Shown here: piece by piece, positions 1 through 13,139 of the stretch | Numbering within the stretch: position 1 is the first letter of the stretch | How the letters are laid out: every line of letters begins with the position of its first letter | Origin: Guillardia theta CCMP2712 | Lineage: Eukaryota; Protista; Cryptophyta | Length of the DNA: 64,000 bases | Assembly: GCF_000315625.1 (NCBI RefSeq) | Contig: NW_005434609.1 | Location: forward strand, 241,602-305,601 | Direction of reading: 5' to 3' | The notes under the pieces: model-generated | Seen by the model: only the letters and a program-made list of their open reading frames with translations | The model's database searches: none | Told to the model about the DNA's origin: nothing | Translations under genes and position numbers: made by a program

Positions 1-812
1 TTTGTCCATGACGTAGAGAAGCCGTGGCGAAATAGCCAAGCCCTCTCCGCCCCCCAGGCGGTCTTTACTGTCGAGCGCCTCCCCCCCACCGGGACTTCGT
101 CGATTCCAGTATTTTGTGTAACGATGGTTGAGTTTACTGTCAAAAGTAGGGCGGAGTAGGAGGAGAAAAAAAAGAGAGAGGGAGGGGGAAGAAGAGGAAG
201 AGGAGAAGGAGGAGGAGGAGGAGGAGGAGGAGGAGGAGGAGGAGGAGGCTCGTTTCTTCTCAACTCGCTGCTCTTCACGACTCGGCCTCGAACATTTCAA
301 TTTCGGTCGCATCGAATACTGTGCCCTCATCCCCTATGGACCCAGGCCGCATTTCGCACGGTCAGCTCTGATGACTGAGTCACTTTCGGTCACTCAGTGC
401 CGCAGTGGCCGGCAACCCGGCCCGGCACGGCCCGGCCCGGCCGCCGGCTCAGTGCCCGGCCCGGGTTGCACTGCAAGGCTGCCACGGGCGCTAACATGCC
501 CGCCTCACCGAGTCTTGTTAGCTCCAAGGCAGCTGGCACCTTTTAAGTGCCTTCCATCCGCCTGGCAAGCGATGCGACTAGTGACCTCTTGACCCTCTGA
601 CCAGGGGGTAGGGTAGATGATTTCATCCATGAATACAGGGGTAGTTTGTAGCGGAAGAAGTGGGTGGGTACTACTGAGAAGGAGATTTTACCTGGTGGGG
701 TGGAATTGGTGTTGGCATGTGCGATATAAGAGGGGAGATCAGTGAGACGGAAGAACAAGAGACAGACAGAGAAATATAGAGACACTTCACATCAATCCAA
801 GCTAGAACCATT

Positions 813-1673
813 ATGTCCCCACAGAATCTCATCTTGCAAAGATTCAGCCTTGTTGTTATCGTGCTTGGTTTGGTCTTGCTGATTGTATCAAGCTTATTGC
901 TATCGCAAGTAAATCCATGGTCCACCGAATGCGGTGGAATTCGTTCCGTCAAACCCCAGCTTTCTTTGCATGAGTTCGCACTCCTCAAGAAGAAAACGAA
1001 GACAAGCGATTACTTCTCCGATTACTTTTCGGATTTTTTTGCAGACGATTGTCCTTGTGATGGATTGACCGCAGCAGTTCAACTTCTTGGCGGCTTTCCA
1101 GCATTGTTCGCCATGTTCCTAAGTTTGTATGAATTACATGTAGGCACAAGGGGTTTTCTCGCAAGCATCAACAAATACCCGCCCCATACTGGATGTCTAG
1201 CCGGTGCCCTTACCATCTCCTCCGTGCTTGTGGCTCTCGCTTCGAGCGCTTGCCTCGCTTATGTAGGAGCTGTTTCACACACCTTCTGTGGTGAGCTCTC
1301 GCTTGTTCGTTGTCCAGAGTTGTAACAAGTTAATGATTGTTTGTTTTCAGACTGGCGTGAAAAGATTTGGGTTACATTCGTGTTCTTGCTCGGCATTCCA
1401 GTGTTTCATGTCAAGCTGTACTATGCCGCGCTGCAGTGGACTCCGGAACATCAGGAGGACAAACATGAGACTCCTGGGGACTCTGCAGCAACTCCTACAG
1501 TCATGGCAGCCATCGTGAATGTAGAGCAGCCGGTCGACAAAGAAAAGAAACACAAAGTTGCAAAGAAGCCCCAGCCACCCAAGAAGCTTGTTCAAGCACA
1601 GAGACGCGACTCGACCGACAGCAGCAGTGACGACGAGGATGAGAACAAGGCATCAGGTGTCGACCGAGTCTGA
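813..1673 (+). CDS. Four-TM membrane protein, hypothetical (2 exons)
   Basis: ORF 813-1290 joins the ORF 1341-1673 frame via a GT-AG intron at 1291-1350 (TFC|DWREKIW). Four hydrophobic segments, Cys-containing loop, charged C-tail. Confidence 0.7.
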
Positions 1674-2277
1674 CCCTCCCTGCTTCATTTCAGATCTTAT
1701 TTCTTTTAGCTCCATGGCTACAAATACTTCCAATCCCTGTATTCTTGAAAATGATATTTTGCCCACCAACATTGGTTTGCTGAATTAAAACAAATAAACC
1801 AGAGAGTCGTTACCATTCTTGGTTCACTGTCAGATCCGGTGTAATTCCAATCATGAATGTTTCTAGGTAGTCAGGTTGTTTGTCGGTAGACACGTTTCAA
1901 CGAAGCATCCGGCCGATAATGCATCGTTGGCAGCAAAATTGAGAAGATTGCACCGCACTACTGAGAAGGCTAGTTACTCAAAGTTAAGTTAAATCATTAT
2001 CAGTGTACGAGATGAGTAAAGATACAGGTACGGTAGCATAACGGTGGATCTAAAGTTTACTTAACACTCCTCAGTCACTACTAAAGTTGCTGTGGCGCTT
2101 TTGCTGGGGACGTGATTCCCGGACCTCTCTCAAGGACCGGTACCTTGCACCAGCCCGTGTGCCACATCGGGGGTGGGTAGATTCGACTTCCTAGCTCAAC
2201 TCCTGCCCGTGCGCTCACAGGTTGAAGGCATCAGGCCCACCGCTCGCTAGTGCTGCTGGTTGTTCATCGTCAGCGAC

Positions 2278-3667
2278 ATGTGCCAGATCACCATCATTGT
2301 CTTGATCCCAATGTGTGCCGTTATCGTATTCCTCGGTCTCGGCCTCTTCATCTCGGGGATTGTCGCGGCTGTTATCAAACCCCCTGGTGACTGTAAGAAA
2401 GCTTCATCGACCTACAACTCCGGGTATACGGTTGGATACAACTCAGGATACAAGAATGGATATAGCCATGAGTTCAACTCTGGATTCAACTCTGGATTCA
2501 ACTCTGGATACAACTCAGGATACAACTCAGGATACAACGCAGGGTTCTCGAGCACGGGATACAACGTTGGATATTACATGGGACAATATCAACCAGGATA
2601 TCAACAAGGTTACTCCAATCAAGTCCAACTTGGATATTCCACCGGATGTTCGGGATACCTAGCCTATGAATATAACTTAGGATATCAGGGTGGCTACCCG
2701 TCAGGATACAATGCTGGATACAGCTCGGGCTCTTCAGGTTTCAATATGGGATACAACATTGGATACAACAATGGATACAACTCAGGCTATCAGACAGGAC
2801 AGACTGCTGTGCAACAAAACATTGGATACAACTCTGGTTACTATTCAGGGGCATTCAATAGCTTACAAACTCTCTCAGAGAATAGCCAAGCGTACCAAAA
2901 GCAATACATTGTTGACTACAATGCAGGATACAACTCGGGATATCCCAGTGGAACCGTTAACCAAGCAGGGAGATATTTTAACCCGTATAGTTTTTGCGTT
3001 GAGGACTCGAGTCTGGCCATGGGCGCTATCCAAGCTTCGGCTTTGTTGGCATGCATTCCTGCATTCTTTGCTGTGCTTTCGGGAGGTTTGGGTATCTGCG
3101 CTGGCAGGTTCAGAAACAAAGTTGTAGGAGGCTTGCATCTTGCTTGCCTTATTTTGGCTCTTATCGGCTCAACGTTGGGGGCGATATTGCTTCCTTTCAT
3201 TGCATTGTTCGGGGTTGCGGGATCCTGTGGTAAGTTTATTTGTTTTGTCCATGATCGATTCGATTACAATCATCCATTATACTCCTCCTGACTGCCTGTG
3301 ACCCAACACGTACTTTGCAGGTACTTCTCTTCTGGATAATTCCTTCTGTAATACCTTCATATCAATTTCTATCACGATCATCTCTTTCAATGCAGTTGTT
3401 GCGCTCTACGGATTTTCACTTTCGATTATCACTTGCATTCTCTGCTGTCAACCTGAGGAGTGGATCCAAAGCGGCACAACACTGGTGATTCAGGGAGGTC
3501 AATCAGGCTTGCCTATTGCGCAGGTGACTACAGAGATGGTTCAGCCAGGAGCAGGCCGGTCTCAAGGAAACCGGCAAGGAGTAGACGCGGCAGCTGCTGG
3601 CGACCTAGCCTTCTCCTCTCAAGCGTGTGGAGTATCAGGACCACAGGCACCTCGTATTACGACTTGA
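2278..3667 (+). CDS. Four-TM membrane protein with large GYNx-repeat loop (2 exons)
   Basis: ATG 2278, intron 3230-3320 (GTAAGT...TTGCAG), frame continues to TGA 3667. TM1, then many G-Y/F-N-x repeats, then 3 TMs. LLACIPAFFAVL resembles LLGGFPALFAMF of the upstream gene. Confidence 0.75.
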
Positions 3668-5315
3668 GTGTAGTAGCGTTGAGGTATGCCGTCTGTGCTA
3701 CAAAACTTAGCAAAGGAGAACTCCTTTCTATTGTTTTTCTGCGATGATCAGATCGTTTGTGAATTGTTCCAAGGAAAATTGAAAATTCCTGAAAAGTTTA
3801 ATCTTTCACCGAGCCTGTGATAATGATTGAAATGTTAGAGTCACTTGGCAAGCCTCGCCGCTCAGGCTCTCAGCTCTTTCAATGCAGCTGAAGTTCGTAT
3901 CGTCCACTGCCAACGAGGCTCCGATTCACACGCTCACTGATTTTCATACGGGCCCAAAGGTGATGTGAACGAGCCGGCAGGTAGTATGGCTGAACTAGTT
4001 TGTCTTGGCTGCCTTTCAGCTCTTGATATCTACTTTTTCTGAGGCAAGCTTGCTCCTGTGTGTTAAAAAGCGATCTCAACAGAAAGACTAGAGGCACCAA
4101 GACGTGGGTGAAGTTGACTGGTACGATAACATCAAGGAAACAGTTCGTAGGGATGTAGCAAATAGAAGTCACGATGAAGAGGTGATGTTTGAATTCATCT
4201 TGGCAATGTGCTTGTCAGTGACAACTTGGAAATCTTAGGACACCATCCATCGAATGTTTGATGGCATCACTTGCATGCTCTGCTGTCAACCTGAGGAGTG
4301 GATCCAAAGCGGCACAACACTGGTGATTCAGGGAGGTCAATCAGGCTTGCCTATTGCGCAGGTGACTACAGAGATGGTTCAGCCAGGAGCAGGCCGGCCT
4401 CAAGGCAACCGTGTCAGAGCCAAGGTAAGGCCTGACAGCACTCAAGGCTAGGCTTAGCCTCGATCGTCAACCAAGTCAGTCAGAGGTCTCTCGAACGACT
4501 AGAAGCTCATAACGGCTAGATGTGCTCTGGTGCCTTCCTCGAGCCTATGTATGGATCAGCCACTTGAGCTAGAAGGGTCTGTTCTCTCCTCAGGTTGTAT
4601 GCCACGCTGATCTAGCATCGCTAGTAAACTCACTACACTACACCTTTCTGTGTGATCCAGCGGAGGTGCCTTGCCGTAAAGCTTCGGAGTGTAACAAAGC
4701 GGCAAGGAGGAGACGCGGCAGCTGCTGGCGACCTAGCCTCCTCCTTCCAAGCGTGTGGAGTATCCGACGAGCTTTTGTTATTGATTTGACTGAGGCCAGC
4801 TTGCCAAAGTTGTTGTTCCCGGATGAGTAAAACACGCTTTCGGCCCTATGGCAGTTGAAAATTTGGCCCTGGGCTACTCCTTGCCAGCAACGCATGGCGG
4901 CAGAGAGAGCAAGTGACGGCAACGAACGTCATGCGAGCCGACCCATGTCGTCATGCGATGTCATCGTAGCGCACGAGCATAGCACAGTGATCTCAACAGA
5001 AAGAACCATAGCGATTGTAGAGGCACCAAGACGTGAGTGAAGTTGATCGGAAATCAGCTGTCTTGCATGCTCCTCGTGCGTTCAGAGCAAACCCACTGAA
5101 CCATTCCACCCTTCGATTGTTCGCCGAGGATTCCTCAAAGCTTCTCGACATGAACAACGAAGACTGGTACGATAACATCAAGGAAACAGTGCGTAGGGAT
5201 GTAGCAAATAGAAGTCACGATGAAGAGGTGATGTTTGAATTCATCTTGGCAATGTGCTTGTCAGTGACAACTTGGAAATCTTAGGACACCATCCATCGAA
5301 TGTTTGATGGCATCA
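3428..5315 (+). repeat. Diverged tandem segmental duplication (copy 1 3428-4269, copy 2 4266-5315)
   Basis: 3428-3573 = 4266-4411; 3574-3635 ~ 4702-4764; 4072-4117 ~ 4989-5046; 4118-4269 = 5164-5315. Junction is the shared tetramer ATCA. Confidence 0.85.
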
Positions 5316-5891
5316 AGACTTACTTGTCAAAGGAGTCTTCTCGCCACATGTGAGCTTATAGGAACCAGAGATGATCGAACATGACGTTAAAACAGCAACC
5401 AGAAGTACTTGATCGCCCTTCTGGAGGAGGTTGAGATTGCTTGCAGGTGTGAAGAGAGGGAAAGAGAGATGTTTGAGGTCTGACATGTCAATGTCCCAGC
5501 AAACTCTTTTCCTTCAAGTCATCGACGAGCTCTGTTCACGCGCAACCGACAGACGAGGTAGAGGCATTCATGCCTGTCATGGGATGGAGGGGGCGCTTAA
5601 GCTGACTTGTAGCGCCAGTCCATCGGATATCGTCAGGGGAGAGCGACTTTGAAACAGAAGTTCATTGAGTTCGATGACTTCGCCAGCCCCCTCCCTCTCA
5701 ACTTTCAAAGCCCTGAGGTTCATGCTGAGAGATCGGAAAATTGTGAGGGATTGACGAGTATCGTAGGAAGCGTTTCGTCACCTGGACAGGTGTTTCAAGA
5801 ATGATCAAAGCTTCTCTCACTGTATCTTGTGCTGCATGAGAGAAGACACAAGGAGGAGCGATCGAGATCAACCAAAAGCTTGTCCAAGATA
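4944..5891 (+). CDS. Hypothetical multi-exon protein
   Basis: Short exons (e.g. DWYDNIKETVRRDVANRSHDEE, DTIHRMFDGIKTYLSKES, LKQKFIEFDDFASPSL) linked by ~50-nt GT-AG introns. Boundaries uncertain, no family recognised. Confidence 0.4.
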
Positions 5892-5953
5892 GACTCAAAG
5901 TCGGACGAGGCTTGAACCAGAGACAACTACTTGTTAGGTGACATGCGAGCAGG

Positions 5954-8772
5954 ATGGAGCTCAAGAAGAAGCGTCTCAGCCAAACAAACATAAGAGCGAA
6001 CCTCCCTCATTCAGCTCCTGGACGACCAGCAACGTCGCTTGGATTCCTAGAAGGAGAGATCTCACAAGAGGTACTTCGTCGTCGTCATCATCATCATCTC
6101 CATCTCCATCTTTAGCTTTCGTTTTCATCTTATCGCCAGGAGCTGCCATCTTCAATCATCTCGAGTTTGAAACAAGTACCGCTGCTCGCTGTCGTCTGCT
6201 TTTGTTGATTCTTTTCAAGGACTTCGTTTCGAAACAATCGCAATCGTTCGTCCCAGCATCATCGACCATCGATTCTTGGCCGAAAATGTCCATCCAACAT
6301 CATCAGGTCTTTCTCCTTTGCTCGACGAGCTTGTGGTGACGCTGGATCAGACCGCTCCTCTCTCCGAGTTCCAAGACCTTCCAAAGCGGCGGAGCTACAC
6401 GAGCATGATCCAGAAGTCTCTGGTGGTGGACGACTCGAGCCCGGTCATCCCCGTGTACTCGAGGTGAGCAGAGGAGAAGCGACGAGCAGAGGTGAACCAG
6501 CCTCGCAGCATTCAGTCCAGCAAGGTCCCAGCAGACCTGGAAAAGATCCTCAACTACATCGACGTGGAGTTCTCCAAAAGGAAGTGTCAGGCTGACGTGT
6601 ACGATGAGTCGAGGTATCGCATCTTCGATGAAGCCCTCACGCGAGTCATCCGAACCTTCAAGGTCCTGCGGCTGCTGTTTCCCCTGACCTCTCAAGTGCC
6701 TGACAGAGCTGGGCGCCGCTGCTGAAGATGATTCAGTTGGAGCTCCAGTCTTACGTCGCCTTCCTGACCTCGGAATGCGCGAGCCACCTCCAGGCTCGCG
6801 ACCTCGCGCGGCTGTCAGAGGCAGAGCAGCGAGCGAGGATGGTGTCCCTGAGGCAGGTCTCTTCTGCCCTCTCAACCCCTTCCGTCACATCAGCTGATCG
6901 TGAACGCGAGCAGGAGATGATGCAGCAGCACTTGGAGAAGGAGGCGGAGCATGCGGAGGAGGTAGACCGACTGTCCTCGGAGATCGCAGCATTGCAGGAG
7001 ACGGAGGTCAAGCTGCGAGAGAAGGTTGCGGAGCTGAGGAAGATGGATGAGGTGAGAGGACAGGGACGGTTTCGGCTGGTGACGTCGATGTGTAGGAGAA
7101 CATTCAGAAGAACAAGGACATCAACCGGCAGCATCAGATGGTGCTGAAGATGTATGTCAAGATGCAGAAAGACTACCAGACTGTGATGACCACCACCGGT
7201 TCTCAAAACATCGAAGAGTTTCTGCAGTCCTACCACAATATGGTGAACATTAACAGCGTTTGGGAGTTGCAGAATCGCTTTCAGGTGTGTTCGACATGTT
7301 TTGTCTTTCATCTGACGCCATGAACAACAGGACGAGAAAAACGAGATCCTGTCGTCCAAGCAAGAGGTTGTGACGAAACTGAAGGAAGCAGAAGTTGTGG
7401 TTGAGAAACTCTCGGCATCCTTGAAAGATTCCACTGCACACGCCTTCGAGCTCATCACCTACAACGACTCGATCTTGTTCTTCCTCCCCGCACAATTCCC
7501 CGAGTGTGAATCGGTGAAGCATGCATCGCGCTGCTCGCCCTGACCTGCTGCTTGCAGTTCAAGTTCAAGAATGGCCGCCTGCACATCGAAGACGCGGGCA
7601 GCGGGAAGACCAAGGAGGCTACGCTCAAAGCTGCGCTGCTGTGCATCCGGAGCGCAGTGAACGGCATCAACGAGCGGTATGAACGCGCGCACTCGCTGTA
7701 CCTCGAGACCCTCAAGCAGCTCATGCTGCTGACCCGGGAGACTCTCCCCGAGTGGACGGCCACCAAGATGCTGCCGGGGCGAGGGGGAACGGAGGATGTT
7801 CCAGCGATACTGCAGGCAGACGGGCAGGTCAAGAACCGCAACCTGGCGTACCAGGACGTCATGGCAGCAGCAGTCGCCACGGTAGAGGAGATCGCGAGCC
7901 AAGAGTTGGAGGGAGACAAGTGGGAGATACTGGAGCGAGTCGCTCTCTCCAAGGGGAACTCCAAGGCCCGACGGAGCGAGTGGGCCTACAGCTTCCTGGA
8001 TGCTCTGCGCCGGTACAAGCAGCAGAACTTCTGGGTGAGAATGTGCCTGAGGCTCTTCGAAGGAGTGGTCTACCCGCAGGTGGTGAGGTCAATGAGAGAT
8101 CTGTTCGAGCGCTTCAAGGAGGCTCTCAAGATGAAGGACGCGGCCGTGAACAAGAGGGAGAGCGGGCGAGTGCCGCGGAGGCTCTTTCAGTCTGTGATTG
8201 CTTCCTTCTTCGACCCCTCCTCCAAGATCTTCTGCGGGCAGGTCAAGAGCCCCGAACGTCTCAAGGAGCTGCTGCGGTGCATCGAGGCAGACTCGCGTCT
8301 CAGCTACTGGGGAGTCAGCGACAAGGAGATCCAGTACAGCAAGCTGCTGGGGCCTGGCAAGGAGGGGGAGAGCAGCAGCTTCTGCGAGCGGTTCCTGGAG
8401 CAGCTGTACGAGGAGAGACAGGAGTACATCAAGGACATCGTCTTCAGCGTTCAGAGGAGCAAGCCCTTTCACAGGGACTACCTCCTCTTCGACGAAGCCT
8501 TCTTCGCGTACAGGCGCGTCGACCCCGATGCCGGCAGAGAGCTGGTGCGCTCGAACCTCGAAGCAGTCATGTCTCCCAACGAGCGCATCAGCGTCGCTGA
8601 GTTCCAGGCTCGCATGTGGCCCATGCACCTCTACCGGCTGACGCCGCGAAGCGACGAGCGGGTGGAGCGAGCCTTGCGATGCAGGTCAAGAGATCTGGTG
8701 GTGGCGCTCCGTAAGATCAGATCGTTTCTCATCTGCCTTAGAGTCGTGCATAAGATCTCTAAGGGAAGGTGA
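5954..8772 (+). CDS. TSNAXIP1-like coiled-coil protein (probably cilium-associated)
   Basis: Spliced reading MELKKKR...ESRYRIFDEALTRVIRTFK|SWAPLLKMIQLELQSY resembles the TSNAXIP1 N-terminal domain. Coiled coil follows, then a long last exon (7558-8772). Confidence 0.6.
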
Positions 8773-8863
8773 TTGTAGATACTTCAAGTACAACTCGTGA
8801 CTGGCGAGTCTCATCGCTCTCCCGGGGGCCATCATGCACCATTACCATCCAACTTGACAATGA

Positions 8864-8941
8864 TCATCACCATTACCACCATCACCATCACCATCACCAT
8901 CACCATCACCATCATCACCATCACCATCACCATCACCATCA
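8864..8941. repeat. (CATCAC)n microsatellite
   Basis: Direct read of CAC/CAT triplets downstream of the stop at 8772. Confidence 0.9.
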
Positions 8942-9174
8942 CGGTTTCCCAAGTTTTGAACAACCGTAGGCTATCATGGCAACTCAATAGCCTCGGAGAC
9001 TCATCACTAGGCCTCAGTGTATTGCCGCCAGAAAAAGAAAGAGACTGAGAAAATGAATTAGCTCTTTGAAATCGCTGCTATAATGAGCTTAACTGGTAAA
9101 AGCTGTGGAAGAGTCACGAATTGACGAAGAGGAGCAGAGCAATGCAGGGTGAGAAGAAGAGACGAGGACGAGAC

Positions 9175-9662
9175 TAGAGCTGATAGTAGAGCTGATAGTA
9201 GAGCTGATAGTAGAGCTGATAGTAGAGCTGATAGAAGAGCTGATAGTAGAGCTGATAGTAGAGCTGATAGTAGAGCTGATAGTAGAGCTGATAGTAGAGC
9301 TGATAGTAGAGCTGATAGAAGAGCTGATAGAAGAGCTGATGGTAGAGCTGATAGAAGAGCTGATGGTAGAGCTGATAGTAGAGCTGATAGTAGAGCTGAT
9401 AGTAGAGCTGATAGCAGAGCTGATGGTAGAGCTGATAGTAGAGCTGATAGAAGAGCTGATAGTAGAGCTGATAGAAGAGCTGATAGAAGAGCTGATGGTA
9501 GAGCTGATGGTAGAGCTGATAGTAGAGCTGATAGTAGAGCTGATAGTAGAGCTGATAGTAGAGCTGATAGTAGAGCTGATAGTAGAGCTGATAGTAGAGC
9601 TGATAGTAGAGCTGATAGTAGAGCTGATAGTAGAGCTGATAGTAGAGCTGATAGTAGAGCTG
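9175..9662. repeat. 12-bp minisatellite (TAGAGCTGATAG)n, about 40 copies
   Basis: Tandem array with point variants (GATAGA, GATGGT). Intergenic. Confidence 0.95.
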
Positions 9663-9839
9663 TGCGATGGTACAAGGTTGAAAGATATACGTATGCCATT
9701 GTTTGTTTGTTTGTTTGTTCAACATCGACATATGTCCTGTTTGTATTTTTGACATCTTAGTCTTCCAGGGAGGGGGGGAGAGGGCATCTTTCAAATGATC
9801 TGCAAGACCCCGTTGCAGCGGCACCTGCGGCCTGTGAAC

Positions 9840-11669
9840 ATGCAGCCATTCAAGGCGTTTGCTGCGGCAGCTGTGTCGGCGTTGGTCTGTCTGATTGTGC
9901 TAACTCAGGTACGACGTGTTGTCTTGTCACTTGGCAGTCTGACTTTACTCGTGTGTTGATCCAGGTATTCGCTCCTCATTCTCAGCACGTCGAGGTGTGC
10001 CTTTCACTCCCCAGTTCCTCGCTTTCTGACGACTTGTGATGTGCAGCTCAAGGGCCGAGACGTGAACAATCTTCTATCAGAAGGGCTGCGGGTGTTGAAG
10101 AAGTTGAAGCAGAGCAGTGGCGCAGGAGCAGAGTCAAAGTTCAACGTAGAGCTCCAAGGATTGTTGCACGACAAGATCAGTGCAGCCCCAGTGCCCATCA
10201 AAAGTGCAGGGCAGCCACCTCATAGCGATGAATATTTCAACTTCGACTACTATCCACCTCACTTCCAGCTCCACAAGAAGCAACAGGACTTGACAAGAAG
10301 ACTGATGACGAGGAATCAGCTCCACAAGGTCAGCGCCCGGCCCGGTAGCTTCTGTCAGCTGACTTGCCCTCAGGCCTTGGGGATGCGAAGGATTGAAGGC
10401 CATGGAAGCCTCGATGGGATGTCAGACGAAAGAGTTCCGTTCTTCAGAGCGTAAGGCTGTTCTGGCCCTCCCCGTCACTGACATCCGTCATGCAGAGATC
10501 TGCCACAGGTCAGGCTCGCTCGCTCGCTGACTGGGCAGCCTCAGCACAAGAAGCTCAAGGGGGTGAAGCAACCTTCCAAACTGTCCAACCTCTGGCACCT
10601 GTACGTGAATCAGAGCACCGGGTTGCCAGTCTTTGTGAACTCTAAGACGGGTCAAGTCTCCAACGAGCTCCCGACGGAGATGCGGCATAGCATACTGATG
10701 GTAGACGACGCTGCTGAGTCGGACCATGGCAATGTGCATGGAAATCGTTTCGAGGTCAATGGTCCAGGTTCCACATTGCCAAGGGAAGACCCAAGGGGAG
10801 TGGTCGACCCAAAGACAGGTATCATTCAAGGATCACGTCTTGTAAGCGTGATCATGCTCTCCTGCTGACCTCGTGCCTCAGGAGTTGTCATCTCACGAAA
10901 CGTGGTGGACATGCATAGAATGATGCCCCTCCCCTGGTATGACGAGTCGTCTACCATCCAGAATCAGAGGAATGCTCTTCGAATCCAGAATGGCCCCAAC
11001 ACAGCAACGGGAGGATCTCCCGCGAAGCTAGAGGGCCTCGGGATCAATGTCGACGACGATCCTTTGCAGGTTTACTCGGTCGAAGGCGACAGGCAAGACA
11101 ATGCCAGGCTCAAGGAGCAGGGAGTGCGAGTATCCCACTTTCCTTTCAACATCTACAAGGCCGTTCCCAACGTCCTGTGGGACAAGACACAGGTGCTTCC
11201 CTTCAGTTGCCAATCCTCTCAAGTAGTAAACTTCCGCCTGCAGTTCGACGCCAAGACCGAAGAGCCCCGAGCCATCTGGGACCCGAAGCAAGTTCAGAAC
11301 TCGGGCGCCAAGTTGGAGGTGATGGTTGTCGCCTCTGTAGGATGTTCATGTTGACGATGCGAGCAGAGGAGGGGAGTGAAAGTGAACTCTGTGCCGCAGC
11401 TTCCTCCTTGGTCGGAGGTGTGACTTGAATCTTCATTGCCTTGAAGGAGAGTGACCCTGTGGAGCAGGAGGTGAAGGGGGAGAGCCGCTCCTACGTCGAC
11501 GGGATGTTCGACCGATCCATGGATGTCTCACAAGCTCATTCAGATTTCATCGAATCGTCACCAGGTAGCATGAAGGGGATGATGATGATGGAGATGAGGA
11601 TGCATGTTGCTGATGACTATTGCAGATGGTCAACCGCTGCATCCTTTCCTCAACGGCGAGGTCTTCTAA
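9840..11669 (+). CDS. Secreted/signal-anchored hypothetical protein with WW-like segment
   Basis: MQPFKAFAAAAVSALVCLIVLTQ hydrophobic N-terminus, roughly 9 short introns, WW-like LWHLYVNQSTGLPVFVNSKTGQVSNELP, ends DGQPLHPFLNGEVF-TAA. Confidence 0.65.
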
Positions 11670-11764
11670 CCCATGTACCTGTGTATATTTCTCTACCTCT
11701 ACCTTCCAGTGTGTCCTGCCGATCATGGTAGCAGGAGGCAACTTGTTCCATGTCATTCATTATC

Positions 11765-12425
11765 TCATGAGTAAGAGAGTCTTCTTACTGCTGTTAAGCT
11801 TTCGATTCCCAAGTTTCCCCTTGTCATTGCCCCCCTTCCATTTCCACCTTCCCAAGTAAGGACTAGATGTGAATCTTGACTCAGGTATCAGCACAAGGTG
11901 ATGTAGGCTGAAGAATCCTGTGTGGTAATGATCTGAAGATCAAGTCAGGCACAAGTCAGGCAACTCGCAGACAAAGTTGCGAGAGGGAGGAACACGAGGG
12001 AGCACGGGGAGGAAGAGGAGGCAAGTGGAGACAAGAGGAGGTCAAACGAGGAGGAGAGCATCGGTCCTCAACCCATCCATCTCACATGGTCGATCACGGT
12101 CGTCCCACACTACGTTACACATCTTGCCGTCCTCATCGACCCTCGTTATGGTCCCGATGCAGTTGGAGTACCAGTCAGGATACAACTTCTTGCACCAGAT
12201 TTGCCCATCTTCCGACAAGATAACGCGATCGCCCGGCTTCCCTCTCACGTCCTTCCCTACATAAATGTGCTGAAGAGCAGTCAGCAGGGGATCGGAAAGC
12301 ACAGGAGCACGGGGTACAAGGGCGGGAGGGCAAGGACGAAGAGTTGAAGTGGTGACGATGGTGACGTTAGAAGTGGTGGAGGAGGATGAAAGCATTACCT
12401 TGCACTTGAAAGAATGTCGGGTCAT
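11765..12425 (-). CDS. Small MIB/HERC2-like (SH3-barrel) domain protein
   Basis: Spliced: PGDRVILSEDG...IGTITRVDEDGKMCNVVWDDRDRP|YHYHTGFFSLHHLVL, matching the GDRV..GT..V.WD..Y..G...L pattern. Confidence 0.55.
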
Positions 12426-13139
12426 CTAGATTTCAGAACAAAACAAGTAGTATGGCGCCCTTTCCTTCCATGAAACAAAAGAATAATGAAACAAGAACTT
12501 GCCGGCCTGTTGTTTAAGGTCAGAACAGGTTTATTGCATTTTTTATGCAGTCTTCGATAGGATAGGATAACCATCGCTGTCAAAATACTTGGCAAGAGGC
12601 AGAAAAGGCAAAGGCAGAATGTCCTCAGGCAGGGCAAGGGGGTCAACAAGGAAAGGAATCAAGAAGCATGTGGATTCAAAATGCTACAGATATGAAGATG
12701 AGGACATTACGAATAGAATCGATTGAGAGGATGAAGCATGGCATAGAATCATGGGACGAACGGGAGGAGGGAAAGAGAAGGCGTAAGGTTGAAATAAGAT
12801 TCCTGTATGAAGTAGGAGGGAAAGCAGGATGCTGAAAGCAGGAAGTGAAGCAGGAAAATGTCGAGACCAACGGAAGAGGAGGGAGGAGGAGGAGGAGGAG
12901 GAGGAGGAGGAGGAGGAGGAGGAGGAGGGAGGTAGCGGCAGGACAGCAAGGAAAGAACTGGGACAAGCATTGAGCCATGCACGCGGTCCCCGAGAGAAAT
13001 ATCTGAGGGAGTAGTACTTGCTTCGACCATTGAGCTTTATTTATGATATTAATCACGTAAAATTTCAAAATTAATAATGATATTTAGTTCTTGTACAACA
13101 ATATTCAAACTCAATCCTTGATTTTCGGAAAAGGAAATC

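Noticed and set aside
1-160. Possible SECIS, uORF (EKPWRNSQAL) or start of a minus-strand gene at position 9
   Set aside because: ATGA-to-AAA spacing does not fit a SECIS, and the context is cut by the window edge.
8769-9048. Poly-His and IT-repeat ORFs
   Set aside because: Microsatellite downstream of a stop codon.
9175-9662. CRISPR-like array
   Set aside because: Head-to-tail units with no unique spacers and no cas genes; eukaryotic context.
9058-9824. Overlapping repeat ORFs (LLSA, RADS, LYYQ, VELI)
   Set aside because: All are translations of the 12-bp minisatellite.
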